Below are positions 43,292 to 53,557 of a DNA stretch of 64,000 nt, piece after piece. The stretch lies in NCBI GenBank assembly GCA_963827235.1, contig CAWHAE010000008.1, positions 1 to 64,000 on the forward strand. Direction: 5' to 3'. Origin of the DNA: an uncultured bacterium. Lineage in GTDB: Bacteria; Chloroflexota; UBA5177; JANWHV01. A program made the translations under genes and the position numbers. Each line of letters begins with the position of its first letter. Position 1 is the first letter of the stretch. The notes under the pieces are model-generated. The model saw only the letters and a list, made by a program, of their open reading frames with translations. It searched no databases and was not told the origin of the DNA.

Positions 43292-44483
43292 ACTGGTATT
43301 TCTCCCATCTACGCGCGCTAGCGCGCAAGACACCTGCCCAACGGTCTGAACTCTCTATGCAGGCGACGGCCTCTCCAGTACGTTCCGCGTTGCTCGCGCA
43401 CAACCTCCTTCCTGCACCGCCGACTATTCTGCGCCACACCGGAGTGTGTGCGCCGCGTCGCGTATATTCTCCGGGCCGATGGCCGGGCACCAACCCAACA
43501 CCGCATCGCCTTGCTTTCCACTGTAGGCGCAGGCCGATGCCGCGCCGGCGGGCCTCGCCTGCCATCTGTGTGAGAGATTACCGGGCACTTGCACTTCCCA
43601 TCGCCCGTCATCTCTGCTCTAGGTCAGGGATCGTCACAGCCCTCCGCGGGCTGGCCTCCGCAATCACTACGTTCGAACGCTCCTACGGCCGAGATAGGCC
43701 GGCCCGCGGCCACCTGGACGGCGCGCACGGTCCACCGTCCAGGTGCGCATGCTCTTGTAGTGATGAGACGTACACCCGCCGATTGGACCCGGGTTGGAGC
43801 AGGCTGTGGCGGCCTACGCGCCTTCCGGTCAGCGCAGTGGGATGCAGCAAGCTGTGCGTCCACAGGCGGCCTTGCGGTGCGCCGAGCATCCAGCTCACCG
43901 CGAACTCTGGCTACCATGCCCACGCGGCTCGAGGTGGTCCGCGTGGGCGCTCGGCCACGGTCGAGATGCACCAACGCTCACCTCCGAACAGGAGTGCACA
44001 CGCCCCCGCGTGAGTCAAGCGCACGCAGCACTCCCGCGGCATCTGCGCGAGCTTGGTGGCCGACAGTTCTCACGGTAGCCACGGACTGCGCAAAATGAAT
44101 CCGCCAATCGTACGGTCCACGCGGCAATACCATCCTAACCTGACGGGCCGGAGCGTTGCGTGAGAGAGCGAATGTGCCGGGCGCGTGACTCCTTCGTTCG
44201 TCCCGTGAATGTGCCACGGTGCTCGTTTGCGCCGACAGCTCTTGGCGGCAGCCTCAGCCCGGGAAAGAAGAGACCTGCAGTAGCAGGTGCGTATTGCCTC
44301 GGCTGGGCGGCATATCCTGGCGGTACAGCCGCTGAGTGTACCCAAGGCGGTACGAGCCATCTGACCTATCCTTATATGTGGAGCTCGTGACCTTCGATCG
44401 CGTCTGGTACTCGTCGCGGCACCCACCGCTGCCTGTGCGAACTGCGGAGGACTCTAGCGCAAGCATCGAGAGGAGGGCAGAAG

Positions 44484-44873
44484 ATGAATGATGCGGAACG
44501 ACGCGCTGCGCTTGATCGTCACTGGGCGGCATCCGCGGCCGGAGATCAGGATGCCGAGCACGAGATCTATCACGAGGACGTGGTATGTGAGTATCCACAA
44601 TCGCGGGAACGAATACATGGGAAGCAGAACCTTCGAGCCCTTCGAAGCCACCATCCGGCGAGGCTTGCGTTCACTGTCCGGAGAGTCATCGGGTCAGGCC
44701 GCCTTTGGATCACCGAGTATGTGATTGCCTACGACGACAAACCGGTGTTCACGGTCAGCATCATGGAGTTCCGCGACGGCAAGGTAGCACGGGAGACCCA
44801 ATACTTCGCAGATCCCTTTGAGGCGCCGGCGTGGCGCGCACAGTGGGTCGAGGTGCTCGAGCAGCATCAATAG
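44484..44873 (+). CDS. SnoaL/NTF2-like protein
   Basis: EHEIYHED...YPQS.ERI.G...ETQYFADPF. Confidence 0.85.
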   Translation: MNDAERRAALDRHWAASAAGDQDAEHEIYHEDVVCEYPQSRERIHGKQNLRALRSHHPARLAFTVRRVIGSGRLWITEYVIAYDDKPVFTVSIMEFRDGKVARETQYFADPFEAPAWRAQWVEVLEQHQ

Positions 44874-44939
44874 GCGTCGAGAAGTCACCGGCCCGAGCCA
44901 GACCGTGTCCGGCACGCAGTGCCCTACGCGACCCCGTCA

Positions 44940-45140
44940 AGAGCGCGGTAGTACCGTTGATGAGAGCCGGTCGTGCACTCGAGCGGTCGACAAGCCGTGC
45001 GGCGATCGGCGCCGCCAGTGCCCGCCCGCCGGCGGGCAGCAACACAAGCCCAGCGATCGAGGGCCCATAGCCGAGTCCCGCGGGATACGCTACTGCAGTG
45101 CCAAACGCTTGGAGGACTCGGCAGGAGAGCTGCCACAAGA
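44940..45140 (-). pseudogene. MFS transporter fragment
   Basis: LGYGPSIAGLVLLP...APIAARLVDR. Confidence 0.5.
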
Positions 45141-45575
45141 ACGTCGGGGCTCGACGAGTGTCGGCGCGCCGTGCTGGTCATTGCCATGGAGAAGACATGT
45201 GGCGCAATGAAAGACCTTGGGCAGCGTTCGTTCATTTGCACGGAAAGTCGTGCACTCCTGTGCCGAAGGCAATGGGCGGGTGCTTATTCACGCGCCCATT
45301 GGGGGGCTGGCAGCATTGGCGATAGCGGCGTGAGTCTCGCGCTATGACGCTGGTGCAAACACGTGTCGCGCAGGTTCTTCACTCGCGGTACGGCTCGACA
45401 TGGAAAACTTGCCGCAGTTGGAGGCTACTGTTCCCCAGTGCCGCCGTCCCCGTTCGCTGCCGCTCGACCTCAGTCGGAGGCTCGGTCCACGTGCACAAGA
45501 AGACCCGAACGTCAGTCCGTGCCTGCGGCAGTTCTCAGCGTAATAATAAGGTTGAGGCGTCCGCCTGCCGGCCCG

Positions 45576-46085
45576 TCAGAACGGGATGTCGGAGTCGTCC
45601 GCCTCGTCGAGATCCGGCGCCGGCGTGCGGTTTCCTGAGGAACGACTGTTGAAAGGCGTGGGCGTCCGGCTGGGACTCGATCCACCAAACGCTGGGGCGT
45701 CGTCAAACGATCCACCCGGTTCCGTGACGCCCTTAGGCGTCAGAATCTGCATGTCGTCCATCGTCACGTCCAGCGAGAACCGCTTCTGCCCATCGTTGCC
45801 AATGAACTCTCGCGTACGCAGATCGCCGGAGACGAACACGGCCATGCCCTTCTTGAGCAGATCGTTCGAGATCTCCGCCTGCCGCCGCCAGGCGCTGACG
45901 CGGAACCACGTGGTCGACTCTTCCGGCTGGGCGCCCATGCCACCTTCGGCGCCCTGGGCGCGGCGATTTCGCTCACTCACTGCCACGCTGAACGACGCCA
46001 CTGCCGTGCCGTCGTTGGTATATCGCATGACCGGATCGCTGCCCAGATGCCCGATAATGAAGATCTTCTTGAGGTTTCCAGCCAT
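45576..46085 (-). CDS. ssb: Single-stranded DNA-binding protein
   Basis: IIGHLGSDP.MRYT..G, TTWFRV, C-terminal DDSDIPF. Confidence 0.97.
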   Translation of the reverse strand: MAGNLKKIFIIGHLGSDPVMRYTNDGTAVASFSVAVSERNRRAQGAEGGMGAQPEESTTWFRVSAWRRQAEISNDLLKKGMAVFVSGDLRTREFIGNDGQKRFSLDVTMDDMQILTPKGVTEPGGSFDDAPAFGGSSPSRTPTPFNSRSSGNRTPAPDLDEADDSDIPF

Positions 46086-46121
46086 CGTCACGCCTCCCCG
46101 ATGTAACTACGGCCGCCCGAA

Positions 46122-46562
46122 TCACTCCTCGGCGGCAGGTATGAGATCGGGATCGATGCTCTCGTCCTCCAGCACCGCGCTATCGTCGAGGCCCACCGTT
46201 TCGCGCTCGATCGGTCGTGCCTCGGCTGCCTGTCCGGGCGCAACCGCAACCGGAAGCACAGGCTTGATCGGCACCTCGTCCTGGCGGAACGCTCCGTGAC
46301 GCAGGATATTCTCGTTGAGCCTGAGATCGTTCTCGAACGCGCTCATGGCATCGGTAGGCATCGCGAACCGGGTCGTGACGTAGAATCCATCCCGATTGTG
46401 TGCTATTGGATAGGCCAGGCGCCTGCGGCCCCAGGCGTGTACCTCGGTGACTGATCCGCCGCCAGCTCCGATCAAATGGTTGACTCGCTCAATGACGGCA
46501 GCCGTGGCCTCTTCGTCGAGCGCCGTGCTGACAATGAACGTAACTTCGTAGTCGCGTAACAA
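46122..46562 (-). CDS. rpsF: 30S ribosomal protein S6 (TTG start, acidic tail)
   Basis: RDYEVTFIV...WGRRRLAYPI...G.Y...ILRH. Confidence 0.95.
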   Translation of the reverse strand: MLRDYEVTFIVSTALDEEATAAVIERVNHLIGAGGGSVTEVHAWGRRRLAYPIAHNRDGFYVTTRFAMPTDAMSAFENDLRLNENILRHGAFRQDEVPIKPVLPVAVAPGQAAEARPIERETVGLDDSAVLEDESIDPDLIPAAEE

Positions 46563-46567
46563 TACAC

Positions 46568-46650
46568 CGCTCCTTCCCTTGGGTAAGCCCCAGGTGCCCA
46601 CACGTCGACCGGACCGGTGTATGCCCGTTCGAGGCACTCAGAGCGAGAAG
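46568..46650 (-). promoter_or_regulatory. S6:S18 (rpsF) leader RNA
   Basis: CTTCTC-GCTC..GTGCC...GGCAC..GGGC-TTA-CCC-AAGGGAAGGAG immediately before rpsF. P1 overlaps the SD. Confidence 0.8.
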
Positions 46651-46715
46651 CATCCCTGGCCGCGCAGTGCCAGCCAGCACAACATGTCACGTTCAGCCAC
46701 TGAACGCGCCTTGTG

Positions 46716-46745
46716 AATGTAGCAGTTGCGCCCCATCGGCGGCAA
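46716..46745 (-). promoter_or_regulatory. sigma70-type promoter for rpsF-ssb
   Basis: TTGCCG-18 nt-TACATT with extended -10 TG. Confidence 0.6.
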
Positions 46746-46861
46746 CTGCCCGCTCCTCGCCACTCATCTGCACCGTGCCCCACGCCGATGGCGTCCCTGT
46801 GTTAGAATCCAAGCACAGGATTAGGCGCATATATCACTCCGAGTCAGGAGGAGAGCACCAG

Positions 46862-47188
46862 ATGCCGGGCATTGTAAGCTGGCTTCTCGTTATCGCAGCG
46901 ATCCTCTCACTCGTCGCATTCGGACTCCTCGTCATGGTAGCCCTCGAGATTCGCGACCTGGTCAAGCAGATCAAGGACGAAGTAATGCCTCTCATCGGCT
47001 CGGCTCAGCAGACCGTCAAGACGATGCAGGGCACCAGCGAATTCGTGAGCAGTGGACTGGTCAAGCCGCTGATCACCAGCGTCAGTGTCACCGCCGGCGT
47101 GGCAAAGACGGTCCAGGTGCTCACCGGGAGCGTGGCACGCGGCCTGCGCCATTCCCGCAAGCCCGGCGACACCCCCGGGGAGTCGTGA
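46862..47188 (+). CDS. DUF948-like small membrane protein
   Basis: AGGAG SD. N-terminal TM plus amphipathic helix. Confidence 0.65.
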   Translation: MPGIVSWLLVIAAILSLVAFGLLVMVALEIRDLVKQIKDEVMPLIGSAQQTVKTMQGTSEFVSSGLVKPLITSVSVTAGVAKTVQVLTGSVARGLRHSRKPGDTPGES

Positions 47189-47189
47189 G

Positions 47190-47561
47190 ATGGGCGATCT
47201 CAACGATTTCGTCGGCGCTGTGGGCGGCACCATTATCTGCCTCGAGCTGATCGTCCTGCTGGTGCTACTGGTCGCCATCAATGCCGGCCTGGCGTTTGGG
47301 CTCTGGTGGCTGCTGAAGCACACCAAGCTCGTGCACGAGAAGATCGCCTGGGCCACGGGCAAGTATGAGCACGTTGTCGACAAGGGCCTGAACGTCGCCG
47401 CCGCGCCGGTCATCCGCTCCACCAGTGCCTGGAGGGGGTTGAAGGCGGGCCTGTATCGCGCCACTCACTGGCCCCGCGCCGAGGTACGCGCTTCGGTCGC
47501 GGCGCCGGAAGCTCCGCCTGCCAGTGCGGAGCCTGCCCGTCGTCCGTCGCGCGCGGCCTAG
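47190..47561 (+). CDS. Small membrane protein
   Basis: Starts 1 nt after the previous stop. Long TM segment. Confidence 0.6.
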   Translation: MGDLNDFVGAVGGTIICLELIVLLVLLVAINAGLAFGLWWLLKHTKLVHEKIAWATGKYEHVVDKGLNVAAAPVIRSTSAWRGLKAGLYRATHWPRAEVRASVAAPEAPPASAEPARRPSRAA

Positions 47562-47601
47562 GTGACCGGTTTTCCTTCGCAGCGGCGGCTGCGGTAGGCT
47601 A

Positions 47602-47754
47602 TAGGCATTGTCCGACGCGGGATCCCTCCCAGGCCGGGGCGAAGCCGTTCGCCGGCAGACGCTCGGCCGGGTGCGCGTATGAAGCAGGGCCCTCCGCGTT
47701 GCGGCGAGCCGGAGCCGGCACATCTGGGGCACCGTCGGAATCGGAGGGTGCCTA
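47602..47754 (+). ncRNA. Candidate rod-shaped structured RNA upstream of aspS
   Basis: Nested pairings by eye: AGGCATT/GGTGCCT, TCCGACG/CGTCGGA, CCCAG/CTGGG, GCCGG/CCGGC, TTCGCC/GGCGAG, ACGC/GCGT. Confidence 0.3.
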
Positions 47755-47817
47755 CCGCGCTCGCATTCGAAGGATCGAGCCGCCGCGGGCGGGTTAGTTG
47801 AGGAGACGCGCACGACA

Positions 47818-49596
47818 GTGGTCGCACATAAGAGTGTCACATGTGGTGAGCTGCGACCGGCTCAAGCCGGCCAGGTGGTCACGCTTCAAGGATGGCTCAA
47901 TCGCCGCCGCGACCAGGGCCATCTCATCTTTCTGGACATCCGCGACCGCTGGGGCATAACGCAGGTTGTCGTCGACCAGGAGCGCTCTCCGGAAGCCCAC
48001 GCCGTCGCGGAAGGTGTCAGAAACGAGTTCGTGCTGGCCGTCACCGGCACCGTTGCTGCCCGGCCCGAGGGCACCGAGAACATCCGGCTCGCCTCCGGCG
48101 GCATCGAGGTGCACGCTTCAGCAGTTGAAATACTCAATCCTTCCAAGACGCCGCCGTTCTACGTCAACGAGGATGTCCCCGTCGAAGAGCCGTTGAGGCT
48201 TCGCTATCGTTACCTCGACCTGCGTCGCGAGACCATGCGCGAAAACATCATCACCCGCCACCGTGTGGTCAAGTTCATGCGTGATTACCTCGATGCTCGC
48301 GGCTTTATCGAGATCGAGACGCCGATCCTGTTCAAGAGCTCGCCCGGAGGCGCGCGCGACTTCCTGGTGCCGAGCCGCGTGCATCCCGGCGAGTTCTACG
48401 CATTGCCACAGTCGCCGCAGCAGCTCAAGCAGATGCTCATGGTGGCAGGGTTTGAGAAATACTTCCAGATCGCGCGTTGCTTTCGCGACGAGGACCAGCG
48501 TGCCGACCGGCAGCCGGAATTCACGCAGCTCGACGTCGAGATGAGCTTCGTCGAGCAGGAGGATATCCTGCAGCTCTTCGAAGGCCTCTACAGCGCGATA
48601 GGCAAACAGCTGAGCAGCAAGTCGCTGCTTGCCGAACCTTTCCCGCGCTTGACCTTCCGCCAGGCCATGGATAGCTACGGTTCGGACAAGCCGGACCTGC
48701 GATTCGGCCTCGAGATGCAGGACCTCTCGGATGTCTTCGCGGAGAGCGAGTTCTCGGTGTTCGCATCGGCGCTGGCGTCCGGTGGAGCAATCAAGGGGTT
48801 GCGTGCCCCGGGGCTCGGCGGCAGCTCGCGCAAGGAGCTCGACCGGTTCACGGCGCTCGCCCGGACCCACGGCGCGCGCGGCCTGGTCACTCTTGCCGTT
48901 CAAGAGGACGGCAGCCTGAAGGGGGCAGCGGCAAAGCACATCGACGACGCGCAGAGAGGCCTGGCAATGGATCGTCTGCAGGCCGTGCCCGGGGATCTGT
49001 TGTTGATCGTGGCGGACGTTGGCGACAAGGCGCTGGAGGCGCTGGGCCATGTTCGCCAGGAGGTCGGCCGCATGCTGAACCTCGCCGATCCGACCGTGCT
49101 CGCCTTCGCCTGGGTGCTGGACATGCCGGCGTTCGAGGTCCTTGACGACGGCACGGTTGCCGCCAAGCACCATCAGTTCACCAGTCCGAACGACGAGGAC
49201 CTGGCCTTCCTGGAGTCCGATCCTCTCAGGGTGCGCGCCAAGCAGTACGACCTCGTGTGCAACGGGTTCGAAGTGGCCGGTGGAAGCATCAGAATTCATC
49301 GCCGGGAAGTGCAGGAGCGCGTGTTCTCGCTTCTTGGGATGACGCCTGAAGACGTACAGGATCGTTTCGGCTTCATGCTCGAGGCGTTCGAGTATGGTAC
49401 GCCACCGCACGGAGGCATTGCCGGTGGCGTCGACAGGCTGGTCGGCCTCCTTCGCGATACCACCAACATTCGCGATGTGATCGCCTTTCCGAAGAATCAG
49501 AGCGCGCAGGATATGATGGCCGGCGCCCCGTCTCGGGTTCCGGACGCGCAGCTCGACGAGCTCTGGGTGAAGTCGGCCGTCCCGGAAGACTCGTGA
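47818..49596 (+). CDS. aspS: Aspartate--tRNA ligase
   Basis: RLRYRYLDLRR, FYALPQSPQ, CFRDED.RADRQPEF, GGSIRIH, PPHGG. Confidence 0.98.
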   Translation: MVAHKSVTCGELRPAQAGQVVTLQGWLNRRRDQGHLIFLDIRDRWGITQVVVDQERSPEAHAVAEGVRNEFVLAVTGTVAARPEGTENIRLASGGIEVHASAVEILNPSKTPPFYVNEDVPVEEPLRLRYRYLDLRRETMRENIITRHRVVKFMRDYLDARGFIEIETPILFKSSPGGARDFLVPSRVHPGEFYALPQSPQQLKQMLMVAGFEKYFQIARCFRDEDQRADRQPEFTQLDVEMSFVEQEDILQLFEGLYSAIGKQLSSKSLLAEPFPRLTFRQAMDSYGSDKPDLRFGLEMQDLSDVFAESEFSVFASALASGGAIKGLRAPGLGGSSRKELDRFTALARTHGARGLVTLAVQEDGSLKGAAAKHIDDAQRGLAMDRLQAVPGDLLLIVADVGDKALEALGHVRQEVGRMLNLADPTVLAFAWVLDMPAFEVLDDGTVAAKHHQFTSPNDEDLAFLESDPLRVRAKQYDLVCNGFEVAGGSIRIHRREVQERVFSLLGMTPEDVQDRFGFMLEAFEYGTPPHGGIAGGVDRLVGLLRDTTNIRDVIAFPKNQSAQDMMAGAPSRVPDAQLDELWVKSAVPEDS

Positions 49597-49862
49597 GGAA
49601 ACGGAGCCAAGTGTCAGGGCACAGAATCAATTCTGCGGTGCGGCTGTAATCGTGGATCGGAGTGCGGACATCGTCCCCGATTGCGATCAGACCTGGCACA
49701 CGTCCTGCTCCGTGGCACCGTACCGCGCTAGCTGCACGCCAGGGCCGTGGCGACTCCGGGCGGGGCCGCGTTCGTGCTCGCTCCCCGGGGTGCGCTAACC
49801 GCGCCTTCTACGGGCGGCGCGAGCATCCGCGCTGAGACCGGCCCCGACGCACGTCCACCCGG

Positions 49863-50693
49863 TCAGGCGAAGTGGGTGTGCCATGCCTTCCAGCGATGGG
49901 TAGCAGCGGCGTGCACGGCAGCGGTTGCTCGGGCCGGCTCCAGGAAGAGGCCGAAACACGTAGGACCGCTGCCGCACATCTGGGTCTGCACCGCGCCCCA
50001 GGACTGCATGTACTCCAAAACCTCGGCGACTTCCGGATAAAGCGCTATCGTCACTGCGTGCAGCGCGTTCACGAGCGGCCAATCCGCGACTGGGTGGTTG
50101 AGCGGGAGCTCGGCGAAGCGCGAGCTTGCCTCGCCGGCCGTGTACATCGACGACGTGACTCCCTGGAAGACCTCGCCCGTCGACACGCCAAACCCAGGGT
50201 TGACCAGCACGACCTGGCAGTCGGGCTGGTCCCGTAGGCGGGAGACGTCCTCACCACGACCCCTGGCCAGCGCGGTGCCCCCGACGAGAAAGAACGGTAC
50301 GTCGGAACCGAGCTCCGCGGCCAGCGAGGTAAGCTCTTCCGGCTCCAAGCGGGCTTGCCACAGCCTGTTCAATGCTCGAAGCGTGGCGGCGGCATCGCTG
50401 CTGCCGCCGCCGAGTCCGGCCGCCACGGGGATGAATTTCCGAATGGTGATGTGCGCTCCCGCCGACGTGCCTGTCCTGGCACGCAGCAGCTCCGCGGCCG
50501 CGAATGCAAGGTTGGCCTCGCCGCCCAGTCCCTCAACGTCGCACGCGACCTCGATCGTCGGGGCCGCCTCGACTTCCAGGAGGTCGTGCAGTGCCAGTGC
50601 ACGCATGACCGAGCGAATCTCGTGGTAGCCATCCGGACGCCGCCCGAGCACCTCGAGAGTCAGGTTGAGCTTGGCATGGGCTTCGATGATCAC
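49863..50693 (-). CDS. ispE: 4-(CDP)-2-C-methyl-D-erythritol kinase
   Basis: AKLNL.L.V...RPDGYH, IP.AAGLGGGSSDAA, GSDVPFF. Confidence 0.96.
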   Translation of the reverse strand: MIIEAHAKLNLTLEVLGRRPDGYHEIRSVMRALALHDLLEVEAAPTIEVACDVEGLGGEANLAFAAAELLRARTGTSAGAHITIRKFIPVAAGLGGGSSDAAATLRALNRLWQARLEPEELTSLAAELGSDVPFFLVGGTALARGRGEDVSRLRDQPDCQVVLVNPGFGVSTGEVFQGVTSSMYTAGEASSRFAELPLNHPVADWPLVNALHAVTIALYPEVAEVLEYMQSWGAVQTQMCGSGPTCFGLFLEPARATAAVHAAATHRWKAWHTHFA

Positions 50694-51487
50694 TTCAGTG
50701 GCTCCGCCTCAGGTCTGTTTAGGTCCCAGATGTAGCGCAGGCCCTTCACGGTAAGCAGCGGATCGATCACCTCTATACATGGTACAGCCGGGCCTATCAG
50801 TGTCGAGCGGCCGCCGGTGGCAATGACGCGCGCGTTGCCTCCCAGCTCGTCCTGGAAACGCTTCGTCATCGACTCCACCAAGCCCATGTAGCCCAGGAAC
50901 ACGCCCGATTGCATGGCGTGCACGGTGTTGCGGCCGATTGCCGCCGGAGGCGCCGCCAGCTCGATGCGCTGGAGCTGCGCAGCGTAGCGAGCGAGCGCTT
51001 CCATGGAGATGGCAATTCCGGGAGCAATAGCCCCGCCCAGGTAGTCGCCGGACTCATCGATGGCGTTGAACGTGGTGGCGGTGCCGAAGTCGATGATGAT
51101 CGCCGGGAATCCGTACAGTATGCGCGTGGCCACGGCATCGCAGATGCGGTCGGCGCCGACCTCGCGCGGACGATCGTACCGTATCGCGAAGCCGGTATGC
51201 AGCTCGTGGCTTACCAGCAGGGGTGTGACGTTCCAATAGCGCACCACGAGCTCCGCCATTACGCCGGTCAGTGGCGGCACCACACTGGCTATCACGGCGC
51301 CATAGACAGACTCGTGGTCCAGACCGGCGTGGGCCAGCAAGGGGATGAGCATCGCCGCGTACTCGTCCGCGGTACGATCGGTGGCCGTCGCCAGCCGCCA
51401 GCTGCCGACCAGGTCCTCACCCTCGAAGATGGCGAAGACCGCGTTGGTGTTTCCGACGTCTATGGTCAAGACGCACTCTCCGGCCAT
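50690..51487 (-). CDS. coaX: Type III pantothenate kinase
   Basis: IDVGNTN, GADR, DFGTATT, GGAIAPG, ATGG. Confidence 0.96.
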   Translation of the reverse strand: MAGECVLTIDVGNTNAVFAIFEGEDLVGSWRLATATDRTADEYAAMLIPLLAHAGLDHESVYGAVIASVVPPLTGVMAELVVRYWNVTPLLVSHELHTGFAIRYDRPREVGADRICDAVATRILYGFPAIIIDFGTATTFNAIDESGDYLGGAIAPGIAISMEALARYAAQLQRIELAAPPAAIGRNTVHAMQSGVFLGYMGLVESMTKRFQDELGGNARVIATGGRSTLIGPAVPCIEVIDPLLTVKGLRYIWDLNRPEAEPLK

Positions 51488-51656
51488 CAGGCCTTCCTTT
51501 CAAGCAGACGTGCCGACACCGCTATACGTTGTACCGCCCGCCGTACAATTGCGCCTGCCGCCCATGCGCCTCTCGCGATTGCGCCCGCTCTTCACGCGTT
51601 CGGGCGGTTTCTGTATGGAGGTTACCCCTGTACAATGCCTGTGGGAGCCGAGGCCA

Positions 51657-53330
51657 ATGCATCAGACGCAGCAACCGCTTCCCTCCGCCAGCCCTGGGCC
51701 TCGCCGAAGCCGGTTGGGTCGCGAACGGCACGTCATCTCCGTTCTCACACGCCATGGCTTCGGACTGCTTGTCCAGCATAGCCGCCTGCCCATCGTCCGG
51801 CGCGCCGGAGTGCTCGGGCGGCCACAGTCGCTTCGCAACGCTCTGGAGGAGCTCGGCACCACCTTCGTCAAGCTCGGTCAGATTCTGAGCACCCGTCCGG
51901 ACCTGCTGTCCGAAGACTACGTCGAGGCGCTGAGCACCCTGCAGGACTCGCTGGCACCCATCGGCTTCGACGCCGTGAGTGGTGTCGTCGAGAGGGAGCT
52001 CGGTGCTCCGCCGGGCGAGCTTTTTGCCTACTTCGACCCCACTCCTCTGGCTACTGCGTCGATCGGCCAGGTGCACGCGGCCGGCCTGGAGGACGGCACC
52101 AGCCTGGTCGTCAAGGTGCAGAAGCCCGGCATCGCCGCTGAAGTTGAGCTGGATCTGCAGATCATCCACAACTTGTCGCGCCTGGCCGCCTCACGCATCG
52201 ATCTCCCGCTGATCTGGAATCTCGAAGACATCGTCGATCAGTTTTCCGACGGCCTCAGGGAAGAGATCGACTATCTGCACGAGGCGCGCAACGCGGAGCG
52301 GTTCGCGCGCATCGTCGCCCAGGACGCGAATCTGGTCGTCCCTGCCGTGCACTGGGACTTCACGACGCCACGGGTACTCACCTTGGGTCGCATCGACGGC
52401 GTGAAGATCAGCGACCTGGCTGGCATGCAGCGGAACGGCGTCGACCGCCGTCACGTGGCGCGAGCACTCTCCGGATCGGTGCTGCAGCAGGTGTTCGACC
52501 ACGGCTACTTTCATGCCGATCCGCACCCCGGCAACTACCTGATCCGCGGCGACGGCGCGATCGGCATCGTCGACTTCGGCCTGATGGGCTCGCTGGACGA
52601 TGCGACGAGGCGGGAGCTGCTGCTCCTGCTTGCCTCGTGGGTGCGTGAGGACGCGGACGGACTGGCCGACGGACTGATGGCTCTGGGTGTCGCGCGCACC
52701 AGCATGAGGAGCCACGACCTCCGGTCGGACATGCGTCGCGTACTCGGACGCTATCACGATGCTCGCCTCGAGGACATTTCCCTGGGCAAAGTGCTTGCCG
52801 ACGTGTTTCGTTTGGCCCGGCGGCATCACCTGGTGCTTCGAGGAGAACTCGCCTTGATGGCGAAGACGCTGGCCATGCACGAGGGCCTGGGTTCCCGCCT
52901 CGATCCGCAGTTTCACCTGGTAGAAGAGGCTCGGCCCTATGTCGAGAAGGCGATGCGGCGTATGTACCTTCCCAAGCCCGACGGTCATGCTGTGGCGCTT
53001 GGCATCGGTGCCATGCTCGACCTCACGACGTCGTTCCCACAGCGGGCCACGCGCCTGCTGGGACGCCTCGAGCGCGGCGACATCGGCGTGGCAGTGCGTC
53101 CGGAGGGCATGGACCCTGTAATGCGCGACCTGAATCACATGGTCAATCGGCTGTCGGTCACCATACTCGCGGCCGCGTTCATCGTCGGTTTGGCGCTGCT
53201 CCTCCAGGTCGTCGAAACCTCCCACGGGTCGCTGTTCTTGCTCCTGCTGTTTGCTGCCGGCCTCATAGGCGCGGTAGTGCTTGGATTGTGGATTCTCTTT
53301 TCGATGTACAGGGCAGGGCGCTCGCATTGA
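51657..53330 (+). CDS. AarF/ABC1/UbiB atypical kinase
   Basis: FVKLGQILSTRPDL, ASIGQVH, FHADPHPGN, DFG, two C-terminal TMs. Confidence 0.93.
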   Translation: MHQTQQPLPSASPGPRRSRLGRERHVISVLTRHGFGLLVQHSRLPIVRRAGVLGRPQSLRNALEELGTTFVKLGQILSTRPDLLSEDYVEALSTLQDSLAPIGFDAVSGVVERELGAPPGELFAYFDPTPLATASIGQVHAAGLEDGTSLVVKVQKPGIAAEVELDLQIIHNLSRLAASRIDLPLIWNLEDIVDQFSDGLREEIDYLHEARNAERFARIVAQDANLVVPAVHWDFTTPRVLTLGRIDGVKISDLAGMQRNGVDRRHVARALSGSVLQQVFDHGYFHADPHPGNYLIRGDGAIGIVDFGLMGSLDDATRRELLLLLASWVREDADGLADGLMALGVARTSMRSHDLRSDMRRVLGRYHDARLEDISLGKVLADVFRLARRHHLVLRGELALMAKTLAMHEGLGSRLDPQFHLVEEARPYVEKAMRRMYLPKPDGHAVALGIGAMLDLTTSFPQRATRLLGRLERGDIGVAVRPEGMDPVMRDLNHMVNRLSVTILAAAFIVGLALLLQVVETSHGSLFLLLLFAAGLIGAVVLGLWILFSMYRAGRSH

Positions 53331-53557
53331 TCGCGTCTGCGAGCGGATGGTGCCGGCTCCATCCCGCGGCGGGCATTCTCGGGCGTTGCGCCCAATTTGC
53401 CATCGACGCGGCTCCCTACACGGTGGTGTAATGCCTCTATTGACCGCATGATCACAAACGACTTCGCCCGTGGTCCTGCCTGGGACCGGCCGGCAATCGG
53501 CGTCCGACGCTGGGCGACCGGGCCGCGGACCACCGCGCGAGAAAGGTAGCCTCACAG

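Noticed and set aside
45300-45575. att site or tRNA at the island boundary
   Set aside because: I saw no cloverleaf and no repeat matching the 1830-2500 region by eye.
47745-47760. GGGTGCCTACCGCG as an aspS T-box
   Set aside because: It lacks the UGGN tRNA-pairing bulge, clear stem I motifs and a terminator.
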